A stretch of 62,400 nucleotides of DNA from Ilumatobacteraceae bacterium (GCA_044339005.1 JBIIWI010000001.1:1-62400); one strand, 5' to 3'; shown: positions 19,772-29,115, numbered from the stretch's first letter. Numbers and translations are program-made. Notes: generated from the letters alone by a model not told the origin.

Positions 19772-20707
19772 TTACGCGTTTGACGCGTAGCCAACCATCG
19801 ACAGCGAGATTGCTGCGAGTACAAGCCCGATGATCTGACTCTTGTGTAATTTCTCCTTATCGAGTGTGACCGCAAGTCCCACAGTGGAAACTGGGTATAG
19901 CGCTGTAATCACGCCGACAAGTGAGAGCAATTCGCCGTGGATTGCCAGTAGGTACAGACCATTTGCTGTTGTGTCGAGTAACCCAGATAGTGCTGCAAGT
20001 GGTAAAACTTTGCGAGCAACATGAATCCGTCCCGAGCCAAGGTACGCAACTAGCGCAACAGTTGGAACACTCACCATGCGTTGTCCTAGCAGCGGCCACA
20101 AACCTGCATCATCGGATGTTTGCGCAAGACAAACGAAAATCACACCAAACCCGAGACCGGATATAAACGCAAAAACTATTGCACGCATCGGAGTGGGAAG
20201 ATCGTGGTGACCGAGTGCATCTCCAACGAGAGCCACAGCGATTGCCGCCAAAGCTATTCCCAAGTAGGCGATAGAAGCAGGACGCTCGCCTTGAATAAGA
20301 CCAACTACAACAGGACTGCACATTCCGACGATTGCGGTCATCGGGGCTATTACCGTCATGGATCCGATTGACATCGCTTGGTAGAAAGCAACGATTGCCA
20401 CTGCGCCGCCTGCTCCTGCAAAACCACTCCACCACCAATCATGAGCGCTCATCATGGGTGTGTTGCCAAATGCGATAACGATTGCGAGAAGCACTAGCGC
20501 TACGAATTGTCCGAGAAAGGTGACAGCGGCAGCTTTGGAAACCTTAGAGGCTCGACCACCGCAATAATCTGCGACTCCGTACAACAATGCTGCGCCGCAC
20601 GCCCATACGAGAACCATGCCCACCAGTATGGCTGCAAAATATCTGAGCCGTAGCGATATGGGTAGTTGATACGACGTAACCTTGTTGATCTCAGCGGAGG
20701 TGTTCAA
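19772..20707 (-). CDS. EamA/DMT-family transporter
   Basis: 311 aa with about 10 predicted hydrophobic helices in two EamA-like halves. The only canonical start that covers the first helix is TTG at 20707. Confidence 0.8.
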   Translation of the reverse strand: MNTSAEINKVTSYQLPISLRLRYFAAILVGMVLVWACGAALLYGVADYCGGRASKVSKAAAVTFLGQFVALVLLAIVIAFGNTPMMSAHDWWWSGFAGAGGAVAIVAFYQAMSIGSMTVIAPMTAIVGMCSPVVVGLIQGERPASIAYLGIALAAIAVALVGDALGHHDLPTPMRAIVFAFISGLGFGVIFVCLAQTSDDAGLWPLLGQRMVSVPTVALVAYLGSGRIHVARKVLPLAALSGLLDTTANGLYLLAIHGELLSLVGVITALYPVSTVGLAVTLDKEKLHKSQIIGLVLAAISLSMVGYASNA

Positions 20708-21417
20708 TGCGTGGTCTAGGTACGTTAATAAATACGTTCACAGTGCTTGGTGGTGGCGGACTTGGTCTCATTATTGGACACCGAATTCCCGAAAGAATAA
20801 GAGTGACGGTTGTGCAGGTGATTGGTTTGGTCACCGTTGCACTTGGGATGAGCGATGTGCTGAAGACTCACAACATCGTTTTTCCACTTGTGGGTATGGT
20901 CTTCGGTGGAATTATTGGCGAAATCATTCGGATTGAAGATCGTTTGACACAATTAGGCGAGGGATTGAAGGCGAGATTTGCGTCGGATAGCACCGACAAT
21001 CGGTTTGTGACGGGATTCGTTACGGCTTCACTGTTGTTTTGTGTCGGACCTCTCACCATCTTGGGCGCAATTGAAGATGCCAGCGGCAAGACACCTCAGC
21101 TGTACATCATCAAGGGGAGTCTTGATGGTTTTATGACAGTTATTTTCACTGCGTTATATGGGATCGGTGCAATGTTTAGTGCAGTGAGTGTTTTCATTGT
21201 TCAAGGTACTTTGACACTCTTTGGAACACGATTGGATTTATTGCTGGACGATCGGATGCGAACAGAACTTTTTGCAGCAGGCGGGCTGGCAGTCATGGCA
21301 ATTGGTTTGAACTTGTTGGATATTAAAAAGATCAGACTTGGTTCACTATTGCCGGGGTTGATTGTTACTCCCGTTCTTGTGTTGATCTTTGCAACTCCAG
21401 GCGGACTTTGGTCTTGA
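20707..21417 (+). CDS. DUF554 (YqgA/YdfK-like) membrane protein
   Basis: N-terminus MRGLGTLINTFTVLGGGGLGLIIGHRIPERIRVTVVQVIGL resembles E. coli YqgA (…LPERIRVSMTSIFGL…). Polytopic membrane protein. Confidence 0.8.
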   Translation: MRGLGTLINTFTVLGGGGLGLIIGHRIPERIRVTVVQVIGLVTVALGMSDVLKTHNIVFPLVGMVFGGIIGEIIRIEDRLTQLGEGLKARFASDSTDNRFVTGFVTASLLFCVGPLTILGAIEDASGKTPQLYIIKGSLDGFMTVIFTALYGIGAMFSAVSVFIVQGTLTLFGTRLDLLLDDRMRTELFAAGGLAVMAIGLNLLDIKKIRLGSLLPGLIVTPVLVLIFATPGGLWS

Positions 21418-21437
21418 GCTGTACTATTTTTTAGCTC

Positions 21438-22190
21438 ATGTGTGGAAGATTTGTACGTAAGACCTCGGCTGCACAGGTTGCAGAAGCATTTGCGGCGCGA
21501 GTTGACACTGACGAACTGTCATTAAGTTTCAATGTTGCGCCAACGAGTCGTGTCTTTGCAGTTGTAAACGAATCAAATACGCGCTCGCTGGTGAATTTTT
21601 CTTGGGGCCTGATACCGCGTTGGGCACAGGACTCTTCGCGTGCTGCGAGCATGATCAACGCTCGAGTGGAGACGGTCGCAGAGAAGCCTTCGTTTCGTGA
21701 TTTGGTCTCCAACAACCGTTGCGTACTTCCCATGGACGGATATTTCGAATGGAAAGAGCAATTACGTCATGACGAAACAAAACCAATGAAATCGGTGAAA
21801 CAACCGTTCTACTTTTCGCCACGTTTGGAATCTCGTTTCTCTCATAGGGGAGTTCTGGCAATCGCGGGTCTCTGGACTTCATGGAAAGATCCAAACCAAC
21901 CGAATAGCCAGTTACTTCATACTGTGGTTGCGTTGACAACAAATGCAAATGACATGGTGGGCGAGATTCATCATCGGATGCCTGTGCTGTTGGACGAACA
22001 AGGTGTCAATAACTGGCTTGATGTAAATACTCAGAGCCCACTCGTTGAATTGGAGGCTGTTCCGAACGATGCTCTTGTTGTTTGCGCGGTGAGCACGAAA
22101 GTAAATAGCTCTCGTAATAACGGAAGCGAACTGATTGAGCCGGTTGTGTTGACGCAGACTGAGCCAGTCGACGAACTCAAACTGTTTTAA
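21438..22190 (+). CDS. SOS response-associated peptidase (SRAP/YedK, abasic-site processing protein)
   Basis: Starts with MCGRF (catalytic Cys2). Contains NVAPT and a later HHRMPV motif typical of the SRAP family. Confidence 0.9.
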   Translation: MCGRFVRKTSAAQVAEAFAARVDTDELSLSFNVAPTSRVFAVVNESNTRSLVNFSWGLIPRWAQDSSRAASMINARVETVAEKPSFRDLVSNNRCVLPMDGYFEWKEQLRHDETKPMKSVKQPFYFSPRLESRFSHRGVLAIAGLWTSWKDPNQPNSQLLHTVVALTTNANDMVGEIHHRMPVLLDEQGVNNWLDVNTQSPLVELEAVPNDALVVCAVSTKVNSSRNNGSELIEPVVLTQTEPVDELKLF

Positions 22191-22578
22191 GAGCCAAACT
22201 GAGTTGTCGAGCTTGATCTGCTAGTTGAGCGGTTTCGACGTGTGCGGCGGCATGTTCGAACGATAAATCATCCATTGTGTTAGTAGGAATTACATGCAGA
22301 TGGCAATGTGGTATTTCAAAACCGGCAATGATAAGTCCGACGCGGTTGCACTTATAGAGTGATTTTTGGGCCAACCCAATCCGTTTTGCGACAAGCATTA
22401 AGTGGGTTGAAGTTGCATCTGAAAGATTGGTCCATTCGTCAATCTCTTCTATTGGAACAACCAGGGTGTGGCCAGTGGTGATTGGATTGATCGTCAAAAA
22501 CGCGACACAAATTTCGTCTCTGTGTACAAAATGTCCAGGAATCTCGCCAAGAATGATGCGTGTAAACAGCGATGGCAT
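22177..22578 (-). CDS. HIT-family nucleotide hydrolase/transferase
   Basis: Histidine triad HCHLHVIP and GHTLVVP. I chose the ATG at 22578 (MPSLFTRIILGEIPG...) because the longer ORF overlaps the divergent pgsA-like gene. Confidence 0.85.
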   Translation of the reverse strand: MPSLFTRIILGEIPGHFVHRDEICVAFLTINPITTGHTLVVPIEEIDEWTNLSDATSTHLMLVAKRIGLAQKSLYKCNRVGLIIAGFEIPHCHLHVIPTNTMDDLSFEHAAAHVETAQLADQARQLSLALKTV

Positions 22579-22603
22579 GACGAAGATTGTAGTGTCAGTA
22601 ATT

Positions 22604-23191
22604 ATGACTGAAGATAAGTCGAAATTGACCTCAGGAATGCTTTCGGTACCAAACGCGATCACATTGGCGCGGTTGTGTCTGCTCCCTGTGTTTCTGTACG
22701 TGCTTTTCGGTCGGGACAATCGTGCAGGAGCTGCTTGGTTGTTGGGTGCAATTTCCTATACCGATTGGATCGACGGTTGGGTTGCTCGAAAACTGAATCA
22801 AACGTCTGTCTTTGGATCAGTTTTTGACCCGTTCGTGGACAGGATGCTTTTCATCGTTGCAACGATTGGCGTAATGATCGATGGTGGGGTGCCGAGTTGG
22901 TTCTGTATCGCCATCATGGTTCGGGAAATCGCAATTGGTGGTGCCATGTTGATCGGGACGATGTTTGGCATGCAGAGATTTGCTGTCAGCTATTGGGGTA
23001 AGTGGTACACGCTGTTCTTAATGACATCGGTGCCATTGCTCTTATTGGGGTCCAGCACTAGCGGGCTCGCAGATGGAGCAACCTTGTTGGGCTGGATATT
23101 CGCAGCGCCTGGCCTTACCTTGAGCTACTACACAGCCGTCATGTATGTACCCGTTATTCGAGCAAACCTTCGCGCAGGGCGTCTTGGCTGA
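22604..23191 (+). CDS. CDP-alcohol phosphatidyltransferase (PgsA-like)
   Basis: Motif DWIDGWVARKLNQTSVFGSVFDPFVDR (Dx2DGx2ARx8Gx3Dx3D). Multi-TM protein. Its position matches pgsA2 ahead of the FHA/MerR block in mycobacteria. Confidence 0.85.
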   Translation: MTEDKSKLTSGMLSVPNAITLARLCLLPVFLYVLFGRDNRAGAAWLLGAISYTDWIDGWVARKLNQTSVFGSVFDPFVDRMLFIVATIGVMIDGGVPSWFCIAIMVREIAIGGAMLIGTMFGMQRFAVSYWGKWYTLFLMTSVPLLLLGSSTSGLADGATLLGWIFAAPGLTLSYYTAVMYVPVIRANLRAGRLG

Positions 23192-23201
23192 ACGCTACGG
23201 T

Positions 23202-23702
23202 ATGGGTATGGCCTATACATTTTGCAATTCTTGTGGGCATCGAAATCCTCCCGAGTCCACATTTTGTTCGTCGTGCGGCACGGTTCTTGACCATCCAAGC
23301 GAGCGCACAATAGTTCTGGCAAAAGTCGATCCTTTACAGGATGCACCAGGGGATCAAGACAATGTACAAGTACTTCTTAGCGAGATTCGCGGAAGCCAGA
23401 ATGCTCACGGCCTGTTGGTGATGCGTTCGGGCGAGCGTTCGGGAGAACGGTTTTCGTTAGCACTTGATCGAGTTGAAATTGGACGTAATCCAGAATGCAC
23501 AGTCTGTCTTGACGACGTCACCGTTTCGCGCCGTCACGCAGAATTGAGACTTGGAAGTGATGGCTATGTCATGACCGACATGGGATCGCTCAATGGCACC
23601 TACGTGAATCAGGAACGTGTTGATGAGATCTTGTTGCAAAATGGTGACGAATTACAAGTGGGTAAGTATCGCATGGTGTTTTTCGACGGTGCCAGCAACT
23701 AG
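23202..23702 (+). CDS. zinc-ribbon plus FHA-domain protein (FHA domain is GarA/OdhI-like)
   Basis: N-terminal CNSC-x10-CSSC. The C-terminal FHA region IGRNPECTVCLDDVTVSRRHAELRL...GSLNGTYVNQERV...GDELQVGKYRMVFF closely resembles GarA as I recall it. Confidence 0.85.
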   Translation: MGMAYTFCNSCGHRNPPESTFCSSCGTVLDHPSERTIVLAKVDPLQDAPGDQDNVQVLLSEIRGSQNAHGLLVMRSGERSGERFSLALDRVEIGRNPECTVCLDDVTVSRRHAELRLGSDGYVMTDMGSLNGTYVNQERVDEILLQNGDELQVGKYRMVFFDGASN

Positions 23703-23748
23703 CGCTGCTTTTTAGTTTTCACCGAAATAGTGGCAGAATGTACGACCT

Positions 23749-24531
23749 GTGATGACTGACAAAAACTATCTCTCAATTGGTGAGGTGCTCGGACTACTCC
23801 TTGAAGAGTTCCCTGACGTCACTATTTCAAAGATTCGTTTTCTCGAGAGTCAAGGTCTGATTGAGCCTGAGCGCACTGCATCCGGATATCGCAAGTTCAG
23901 CAGATCTGAAGTCGAGAGACTTCGATTTATTTTGCGCGAACAGCGAGAGAACTATCTGCCTCTTCGAGTAATTCGCACAAAACTTGAAGGCGACACAAGT
24001 GATGGAATGATCAGGCCTTACGACGACACCTCTCCACACATCGTGAGAAGTGAAGCGACAAGTGGTGGACACCCTGCTGCGCGCCAGAATCTTTCCAAAG
24101 CACCAAGTGCGCCAACACGCAATGCGAAGAAGGCTGATGACACTTCGTCAATCAGCCGCAATGAGCTACTGCAAGAGTTGGATGCAGATGATGTGGTGTT
24201 GAAGTCATTGGTGTCAAATGGTCTCGTGAAGCCCCGAATGGTTGGCGATATCGAAATGTATAGCCCCCTCGATAAAGAGATCGTTTCAATTGCCGCGCAA
24301 TTTATTGCAAAAGGAATCGATGTTCGACATCTGAAGACTTGGAAACATTCTGCAGAACGAGAATTTGGCCTGTTCGAACAACGGATCATGCCGTTCTTGC
24401 GACAGCGCAACCCGGCCGCTCGACAAGAGGCGATGGAGTTGCTTGATGAATTGACCGATCTTGCCGACCAACTTCGAACAGCTTTCGTGACGGTCGCTGC
24501 GCGTGGCTACAACGAAGGGCGCTCACAGTAG
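23749..24531 (+). CDS. MerR-family transcriptional regulator (Rv1828/FtsR-like position)
   Basis: N-terminal MerR HTH LSIGEVLGLLLEEFPDVTISKIRFLESQGLIEPERTASGYRKFS. It lies between the FHA gene and the DUF151 nuclease gene. Confidence 0.8.
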   Translation: MMTDKNYLSIGEVLGLLLEEFPDVTISKIRFLESQGLIEPERTASGYRKFSRSEVERLRFILREQRENYLPLRVIRTKLEGDTSDGMIRPYDDTSPHIVRSEATSGGHPAARQNLSKAPSAPTRNAKKADDTSSISRNELLQELDADDVVLKSLVSNGLVKPRMVGDIEMYSPLDKEIVSIAAQFIAKGIDVRHLKTWKHSAEREFGLFEQRIMPFLRQRNPAARQEAMELLDELTDLADQLRTAFVTVAARGYNEGRSQ

Positions 24532-25022
24532 TGCTGATCGAACTCGATCTCGAGGGTGTACGACTCGAGATGCCCAGCAATACGCCCATCTTGATGTTGC
24601 GGGAATCAAACGGTAGTCGTCGGATGTTGCCAATTTATATAGGTGGTCCAGAGGCTTCTTCGATTCACTTTGCCCTGGAAGGAATCACCCCCGAGCGTCC
24701 ACTAACTCACGATCTTTTCGTCTCACTTTTTGGAGTAGTTGATGCTGAATTGAAGAGCATCGTCATCACTGAAGTTGTGGATAGCACCTATTTTGCTGAG
24801 TTGCATCTGAAGGGGAGTGGCGGGGAGCGCATAGTTTCGTGCCGTCCGTCGGATGCTGTGGCCGTTGCCTTGCGAGCTGGCGTACCGATGTACGCGACTG
24901 AATCCCTTATGGATGAAGTGGGCAAGGCGACAGCCGTTACGAGCGCGGACACCGAAGAGGAGATTCTGGACGAGTTTCGTGATTTTATTGACAGCATAAG
25001 GCCAGAGGATTTTCAGGGATAG
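24531..25022 (+). CDS. bifunctional nuclease family protein (DUF151/BFN domain)
   Basis: NTPILMLRESNGSRRMLPIYIGGPEASSI...RPLTHDL is the BFN-domain pattern. A GTG start overlaps the MerR stop. Confidence 0.85.
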   Translation: MLIELDLEGVRLEMPSNTPILMLRESNGSRRMLPIYIGGPEASSIHFALEGITPERPLTHDLFVSLFGVVDAELKSIVITEVVDSTYFAELHLKGSGGERIVSCRPSDAVAVALRAGVPMYATESLMDEVGKATAVTSADTEEEILDEFRDFIDSIRPEDFQG

Positions 25023-25054
25023 TCAAACTCGTTTTACGCACCTAACCTTGAACT

Positions 25055-25531
25055 ATGGGTCAAGGGTTCAGTGGAAAAAAAGCAGCGGAGATCGTCGGCA
25101 TTACGTATCGCCAGATCGATTACTGGGCCCGTACCGATTTGATTCGTCCTTCTAGTTGCGACGCTGCAGGCAGTGGTTCGAGGCGCGTGTACAGCTACCG
25201 CGACTTACTTGAACTTCGTGTAATCAAGACATTGCTCGATGCAGGTATCAAACTCGAGTCAGTGCGCGAGGTGTTTAAATATTTGCGGAACCATGTTGAG
25301 TCCGAAATTACCGCCGCGCACATCGTGATCAGTGGTCAGTCCGTGGTGTTGTGTCAGGGCGATCAGTTGGTGGATGTGCTTCGCAACGGACAGGGCGTGC
25401 TTAACGTGTTGCCACTCGCAGGCGTCAAAGACCAGGTCGACTCGCAAATCATTGCGCTAAGTCGACCAGAGACTGTGAAGATTGCAAATACAAGCGCAAC
25501 TCTTGCGCAATCTGTTGCAATAGCGCAGTAG
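25055..25531 (+). CDS. MerR-family transcriptional regulator (Rv1830-like position)
   Basis: HTH region KKAAEIVGITYRQIDYWARTDLIRPS...GSGSRRVYSYRDLLELRVIKTL. Confidence 0.85.
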   Translation: MGQGFSGKKAAEIVGITYRQIDYWARTDLIRPSSCDAAGSGSRRVYSYRDLLELRVIKTLLDAGIKLESVREVFKYLRNHVESEITAAHIVISGQSVVLCQGDQLVDVLRNGQGVLNVLPLAGVKDQVDSQIIALSRPETVKIANTSATLAQSVAIAQ

Positions 25532-25534
25532 CGC

Positions 25535-25855
25535 TTAATTATCTTTCTTCGGCAAAAGATCTACCAGCGGTGCCAGCTTGTTCGCAAGATCGGCTAGGAG
25601 AGTGCCGGCATCAGCAAGTTGTTTTATCGGATCTTCGATTTCATCTAGCAACTTATCAACACGCTCGGCGACCCTGTTGAAATTTTCCATGGATTGCAAA
25701 ATCAATTGCAAACTAGCGATAACTGATTCGACGGATCGCTTTGCTTGATCAACTACTTTGGCACCATTCTCAGCTGGATTGAAAGCACTCAGAAGCGCAA
25801 AGACTTCTTCGATCGTTGGAACAGTGAACGGTTTAGATTCGCTGCTTTGCGTCAT
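25535..25855 (-). CDS. hypothetical helical protein
   Basis: 106-aa ORF that fills the gap exactly. Its composition looks protein-like and helical. No recognisable motif. Confidence 0.45.
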   Translation of the reverse strand: MTQSSESKPFTVPTIEEVFALLSAFNPAENGAKVVDQAKRSVESVIASLQLILQSMENFNRVAERVDKLLDEIEDPIKQLADAGTLLADLANKLAPLVDLLPKKDN

Positions 25856-25880
25856 GACGAAACCCTACTTGCCGACACAA

Positions 25881-27152
25881 TCACGACAATGTTCCATATG
25901 CACCAACTTCTCCAGTAATCCCAGTGTCAAGCACAATCGTGATGGCTGCATCTAGATCGGCAAGCATCTCATCAATGACCGATTCATGAACCGCGTTGAC
26001 CGTGCAGTGCAAAGACTGGGGTGGTTCTTGACGATCGATGTACCAGCCACGTTTCCACATCTCATCAGAAACGGCATAAATATTGAGACGCGTTGGATCT
26101 TGCGCTACGAATGAAAGTAGTAGTGCATCCGGTTGAGCAAGCAATGCGAGATGAGGGTGAGTAGTGATGTGTTGAGCGAGTTTCTCTGTTGCTACGCGCG
26201 CACTATTGGTAAGGCGTAGGTAGCCATCATCACCCAAAAAGTGCATCACCGCCCACGCTGCAGCTATTGAACCGCCAGATTTCGTCCCGAGCATTCCACT
26301 CGATGCATAGACGCCGCCAAGCCATTGATCTGTAAAGAAGCCTTGAAAAGAACGAAGTCTCTTGTTTGCATACATAATCACCGAAGCACCCTTGGAGGTG
26401 TAGCCGAATTTGTGTAGATCTACGGAGATAGATGTAACGCCGTCGACGCGCAAGTTCCAAGGCGCAATCTGATGTCCGAGTGTGCTGAGGTAGGCGAGTG
26501 AGACGCCGCCCATGCATGCATCGACATGGCAATTGATGCCCAAACGCTGGGCCAGGGCAGCCAATGCAGGAATGTCGTCAACCACACCCTGTGGGTACTG
26601 AGGGGCTGAACCAATGATCATGATTGTGTTTTGATCGATGGCTAATTCCATGGCAGCAACATCGGCGCGCCAGTCGGGCAGCACGGCGACACGTCTCAAT
26701 TCCACGCCAAAATAAGCAGCGGCCTTGTCAAATGCGGCATGAGCTGAAGTCGGCAGAACGATGTTCGGATGGGTGATTGAGGATTCGGTCCGGAACTGAT
26801 CTCTGGCAGCTTTAATAGCCATCAGAATGCTCTCAGTGCCGCCACTAGTGAAGTAGCCAGCCGAATCTGCGGTCGATCCAAGCCAGGCACCGGCCATCTC
26901 AATCACCTCAGCCTGCATTTGACGGAGGCTGGGGAATGCGGCCGTATTGAGGGCATTGGCACCGCTAAAACGCCTGTAAGCCTCCTCAGCGATCGCTAAA
27001 ACTTCCGGACCAGCGTTGTATGCCAGTGAGAACGCTTTGCCGTTTCGCCACTGCACATCATGCGCAGACATCTCATCAAACGAATGCTCGATGCTTTGAG
27101 CGCTCAAACCAGATGCGGGGATGGCATGTGGTCCTGATTTGCCTATTTTCAT
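25881..27152 (-). CDS. PLP-dependent decarboxylase/lyase (group II decarboxylase, sphingosine-1-phosphate-lyase-like)
   Basis: 423 aa. Contains FTSGGTESILMAIKAARD and the PLP-lysine motif SVDLHKFGYTSKGASV. Confidence 0.8.
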   Translation of the reverse strand: MKIGKSGPHAIPASGLSAQSIEHSFDEMSAHDVQWRNGKAFSLAYNAGPEVLAIAEEAYRRFSGANALNTAAFPSLRQMQAEVIEMAGAWLGSTADSAGYFTSGGTESILMAIKAARDQFRTESSITHPNIVLPTSAHAAFDKAAAYFGVELRRVAVLPDWRADVAAMELAIDQNTIMIIGSAPQYPQGVVDDIPALAALAQRLGINCHVDACMGGVSLAYLSTLGHQIAPWNLRVDGVTSISVDLHKFGYTSKGASVIMYANKRLRSFQGFFTDQWLGGVYASSGMLGTKSGGSIAAAWAVMHFLGDDGYLRLTNSARVATEKLAQHITTHPHLALLAQPDALLLSFVAQDPTRLNIYAVSDEMWKRGWYIDRQEPPQSLHCTVNAVHESVIDEMLADLDAAITIVLDTGITGEVGAYGTLS

Positions 27153-27213
27153 TGCTTATCCTAACTTTACATAACTATGATTATGGGCGTACAATGACGA
27201 ACAAAACAGACCG

Positions 27214-27621
27214 TTACGGTTGACTTTGATCCTGGACTAACGGTTTAGCCGCGTCCAACAGCCACGATAACGCAGCCTTGTAATCGCGTGTTGTTGGATC
27301 AATTGATGGATCTAAATCTTGTTCGACATCCTGCACCGCACATCGAAGTACAAAGATCTGGTCACGAAGTTTGTCGCGCTCTGTGCGTGTGATCACCAGC
27401 TCGTCTTCGCTCAGCGCAAGTTCTGTAGCGCGTTGACGTGCAACCCAGTCCCATTGCCTGCAAGCCTGTGAGCAAAATTCACGTGGTCTACCAGCACCAG
27501 AACTCGCTGGCAATGGACTTCTGCACCACCGGCATTTGAGATGGTCCTGTGTGATGACTGGATTTTGGGTGTTACTGACGCTTTTCGCATTCTGAATCGT
27601 CTGATCCGTTTGTTTCGTCAT
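27214..27621 (-). CDS. hypothetical zinc-finger / coiled-coil protein
   Basis: ATG at 27621 (MTKQTDQ...). Contains CRWC-x16-CSQAC followed by a basic RQWDWVARQR segment and a helical tail. Confidence 0.5.
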   Translation of the reverse strand: MTKQTDQTIQNAKSVSNTQNPVITQDHLKCRWCRSPLPASSGAGRPREFCSQACRQWDWVARQRATELALSEDELVITRTERDKLRDQIFVLRCAVQDVEQDLDPSIDPTTRDYKAALSWLLDAAKPLVQDQSQP

Positions 27622-27679
27622 GACGAAAAGGTAGGTCATCAACCGGCAAAATGCGAGCATTACCGCGCATACTGAATAG

Positions 27680-28750
27680 ATGTCTACCCGCGTAGTTCCA
27701 TCGCATCTTGTTGCCCCAAGCAGATTGCTCTCGAGCGATAATGCATCTGGTACTCATCCCCTCGTGCTGGAGGCGATGCATAAGGCAAACGCCGGTCACG
27801 CACTCGCCTATGGCAATGACCAATACACACAAGACGCTGAAGCCGCATTCTCCGAGCTCTTTGGCAAAGAAGTTGTGACGCGTTTTGCTTTTGGTGGAAC
27901 GGGCGCGAATGTGATGGCACTCGCAAACATGTTGCAACCTGCAGAGGCTGTTGTTTGTACGTCATGGGCGCACATCGCGGTTGATGAAGCTGGCGCTCCT
28001 GAGCGTTTCCTTGGAGCAAAACTGATTGAGCTCCCCTCACGTGATGCCAAACTGCGCCCGAGTGACCTGCATTCTCTCGAGCATCTCTTCGGAAGCGAAC
28101 ACCATGTGCAGCCACGAGTTGTGTCAATTACTCAGGCAACCGAATTGGGCACGTTGTATTCAGCGCAAGAAGTAAAAGAGCTTTGTGTTGCTGCTCATGA
28201 GATGAACATGCTCGTGCACATGGATGGCGCGCGTATTTGTAATGCAACCGCTGCACTTGGTGCAACACGTGAAGCATTGCGATCGTTCACTATCGATGCA
28301 GGTGTTGACGTATTGACGTTTGGTGGCACAAAGACTGGTGTGATGTTTGGTGAAGCTGTAATTTTCTTTAACACCGAACTTGCCAAAAGGTCACTGTATG
28401 TACGCAAACAGTCAACGCAGTTGTATTCAAAAATGAGGTACATCTCGGCACAGTATTTGGCCATGTTGAAGAATGATTTATTCATCGAACTCGGTGTCGC
28501 GAGCAACTCTGCAGCTATGTCACTTTTTACAGAAGTGAAAAACATAGAAATGTTGCAATTGTCGGCACCCCCAGCTGTAAACAGCATCTACCCCGTCCTT
28601 GATCCGGCGGTCAGTAAAGCACTTCGGGATTGGACCTTCTTTTGGGATTGGGACGCAGCAAAGAACCAATTCCGATGGATGACGGCCTGGGACGTTGATT
28701 CAGCAGATATCTCCGCTTTTGTTGCCGGACTTCGTTCGTTACTTGATTAA
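27680..28750 (+). CDS. ltaE: low-specificity L-threonine aldolase (beta-eliminating lyase family)
   Basis: Contains SDNASGTHPLVLEAM, YGNDQYT, DGARI and the PLP-lysine region FGGTKTG. Confidence 0.8.
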   Translation: MSTRVVPSHLVAPSRLLSSDNASGTHPLVLEAMHKANAGHALAYGNDQYTQDAEAAFSELFGKEVVTRFAFGGTGANVMALANMLQPAEAVVCTSWAHIAVDEAGAPERFLGAKLIELPSRDAKLRPSDLHSLEHLFGSEHHVQPRVVSITQATELGTLYSAQEVKELCVAAHEMNMLVHMDGARICNATAALGATREALRSFTIDAGVDVLTFGGTKTGVMFGEAVIFFNTELAKRSLYVRKQSTQLYSKMRYISAQYLAMLKNDLFIELGVASNSAAMSLFTEVKNIEMLQLSAPPAVNSIYPVLDPAVSKALRDWTFFWDWDAAKNQFRWMTAWDVDSADISAFVAGLRSLLD

Positions 28751-28766
28751 ACGTCATACGCCGTAA

Positions 28767-28796
28767 TTGACCAGTCGGTTACTTACCCGCTAGAGT
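28767..28796 (+). promoter_or_regulatory. candidate sigma-70-type promoter upstream of the whiB-family gene
   Basis: TTGACC (28767-28772), an 18-nt spacer, then TAGAGT (28791-28796). The -10 hexamer ends 19 nt before the ATG. This is a motif match only. Confidence 0.3.
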
Positions 28797-28815
28797 CCTG
28801 TTCAGCGGGGGCACT

Positions 28816-29115
28816 ATGGCGGCAGTCGAGTTTGGACAACGGATTCAAAGTGACGATGAGTGGATGGAGAATGCCGCTTGTTTAGGTCTCACCAATGTGT
28901 TCTTCCCCGCTATTGCCGAGCGTCCCCAAACGCGCGAACGACGTGAAGAAATGGCTCGATCGGTTTGTATGGAGTGCTCAGTGCTTGAAGCATGCAGAAC
29001 TTTTGCGCGCGAGAACCATGAGTATGGTTTCTGGGGTGGAGAATCTGAGGAAGAGCGACACGCTGCTGGTTACCGGCTCATCGCTCCTATCGGCGTGCGG
29101 TCACTCCGCTCCTAA
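28816..29115 (+). CDS. whiB: WhiB-family transcriptional regulator
   Basis: Four conserved Cys (AACLG...VCMECSVLEAC), the G(F)WGG turn (GFWGGESEEER) and a basic tail. Confidence 0.9.
   Translation: MAAVEFGQRIQSDDEWMENAACLGLTNVFFPAIAERPQTRERREEMARSVCMECSVLEACRTFARENHEYGFWGGESEEERHAAGYRLIAPIGVRSLRS

Noticed and set aside
18956-19783. Two ORFs in the track (18956..19141 and 19565..19783) encode similar peptides (…RGRGFKSRQPD…), which could look like paralogous small proteins.
   Set aside because: The shared peptide is simply the translation of the tRNA-Pro T-arm/acceptor sequence and of its repeated fragment. The similarity is explained by the nucleotide repeat, not by coding.
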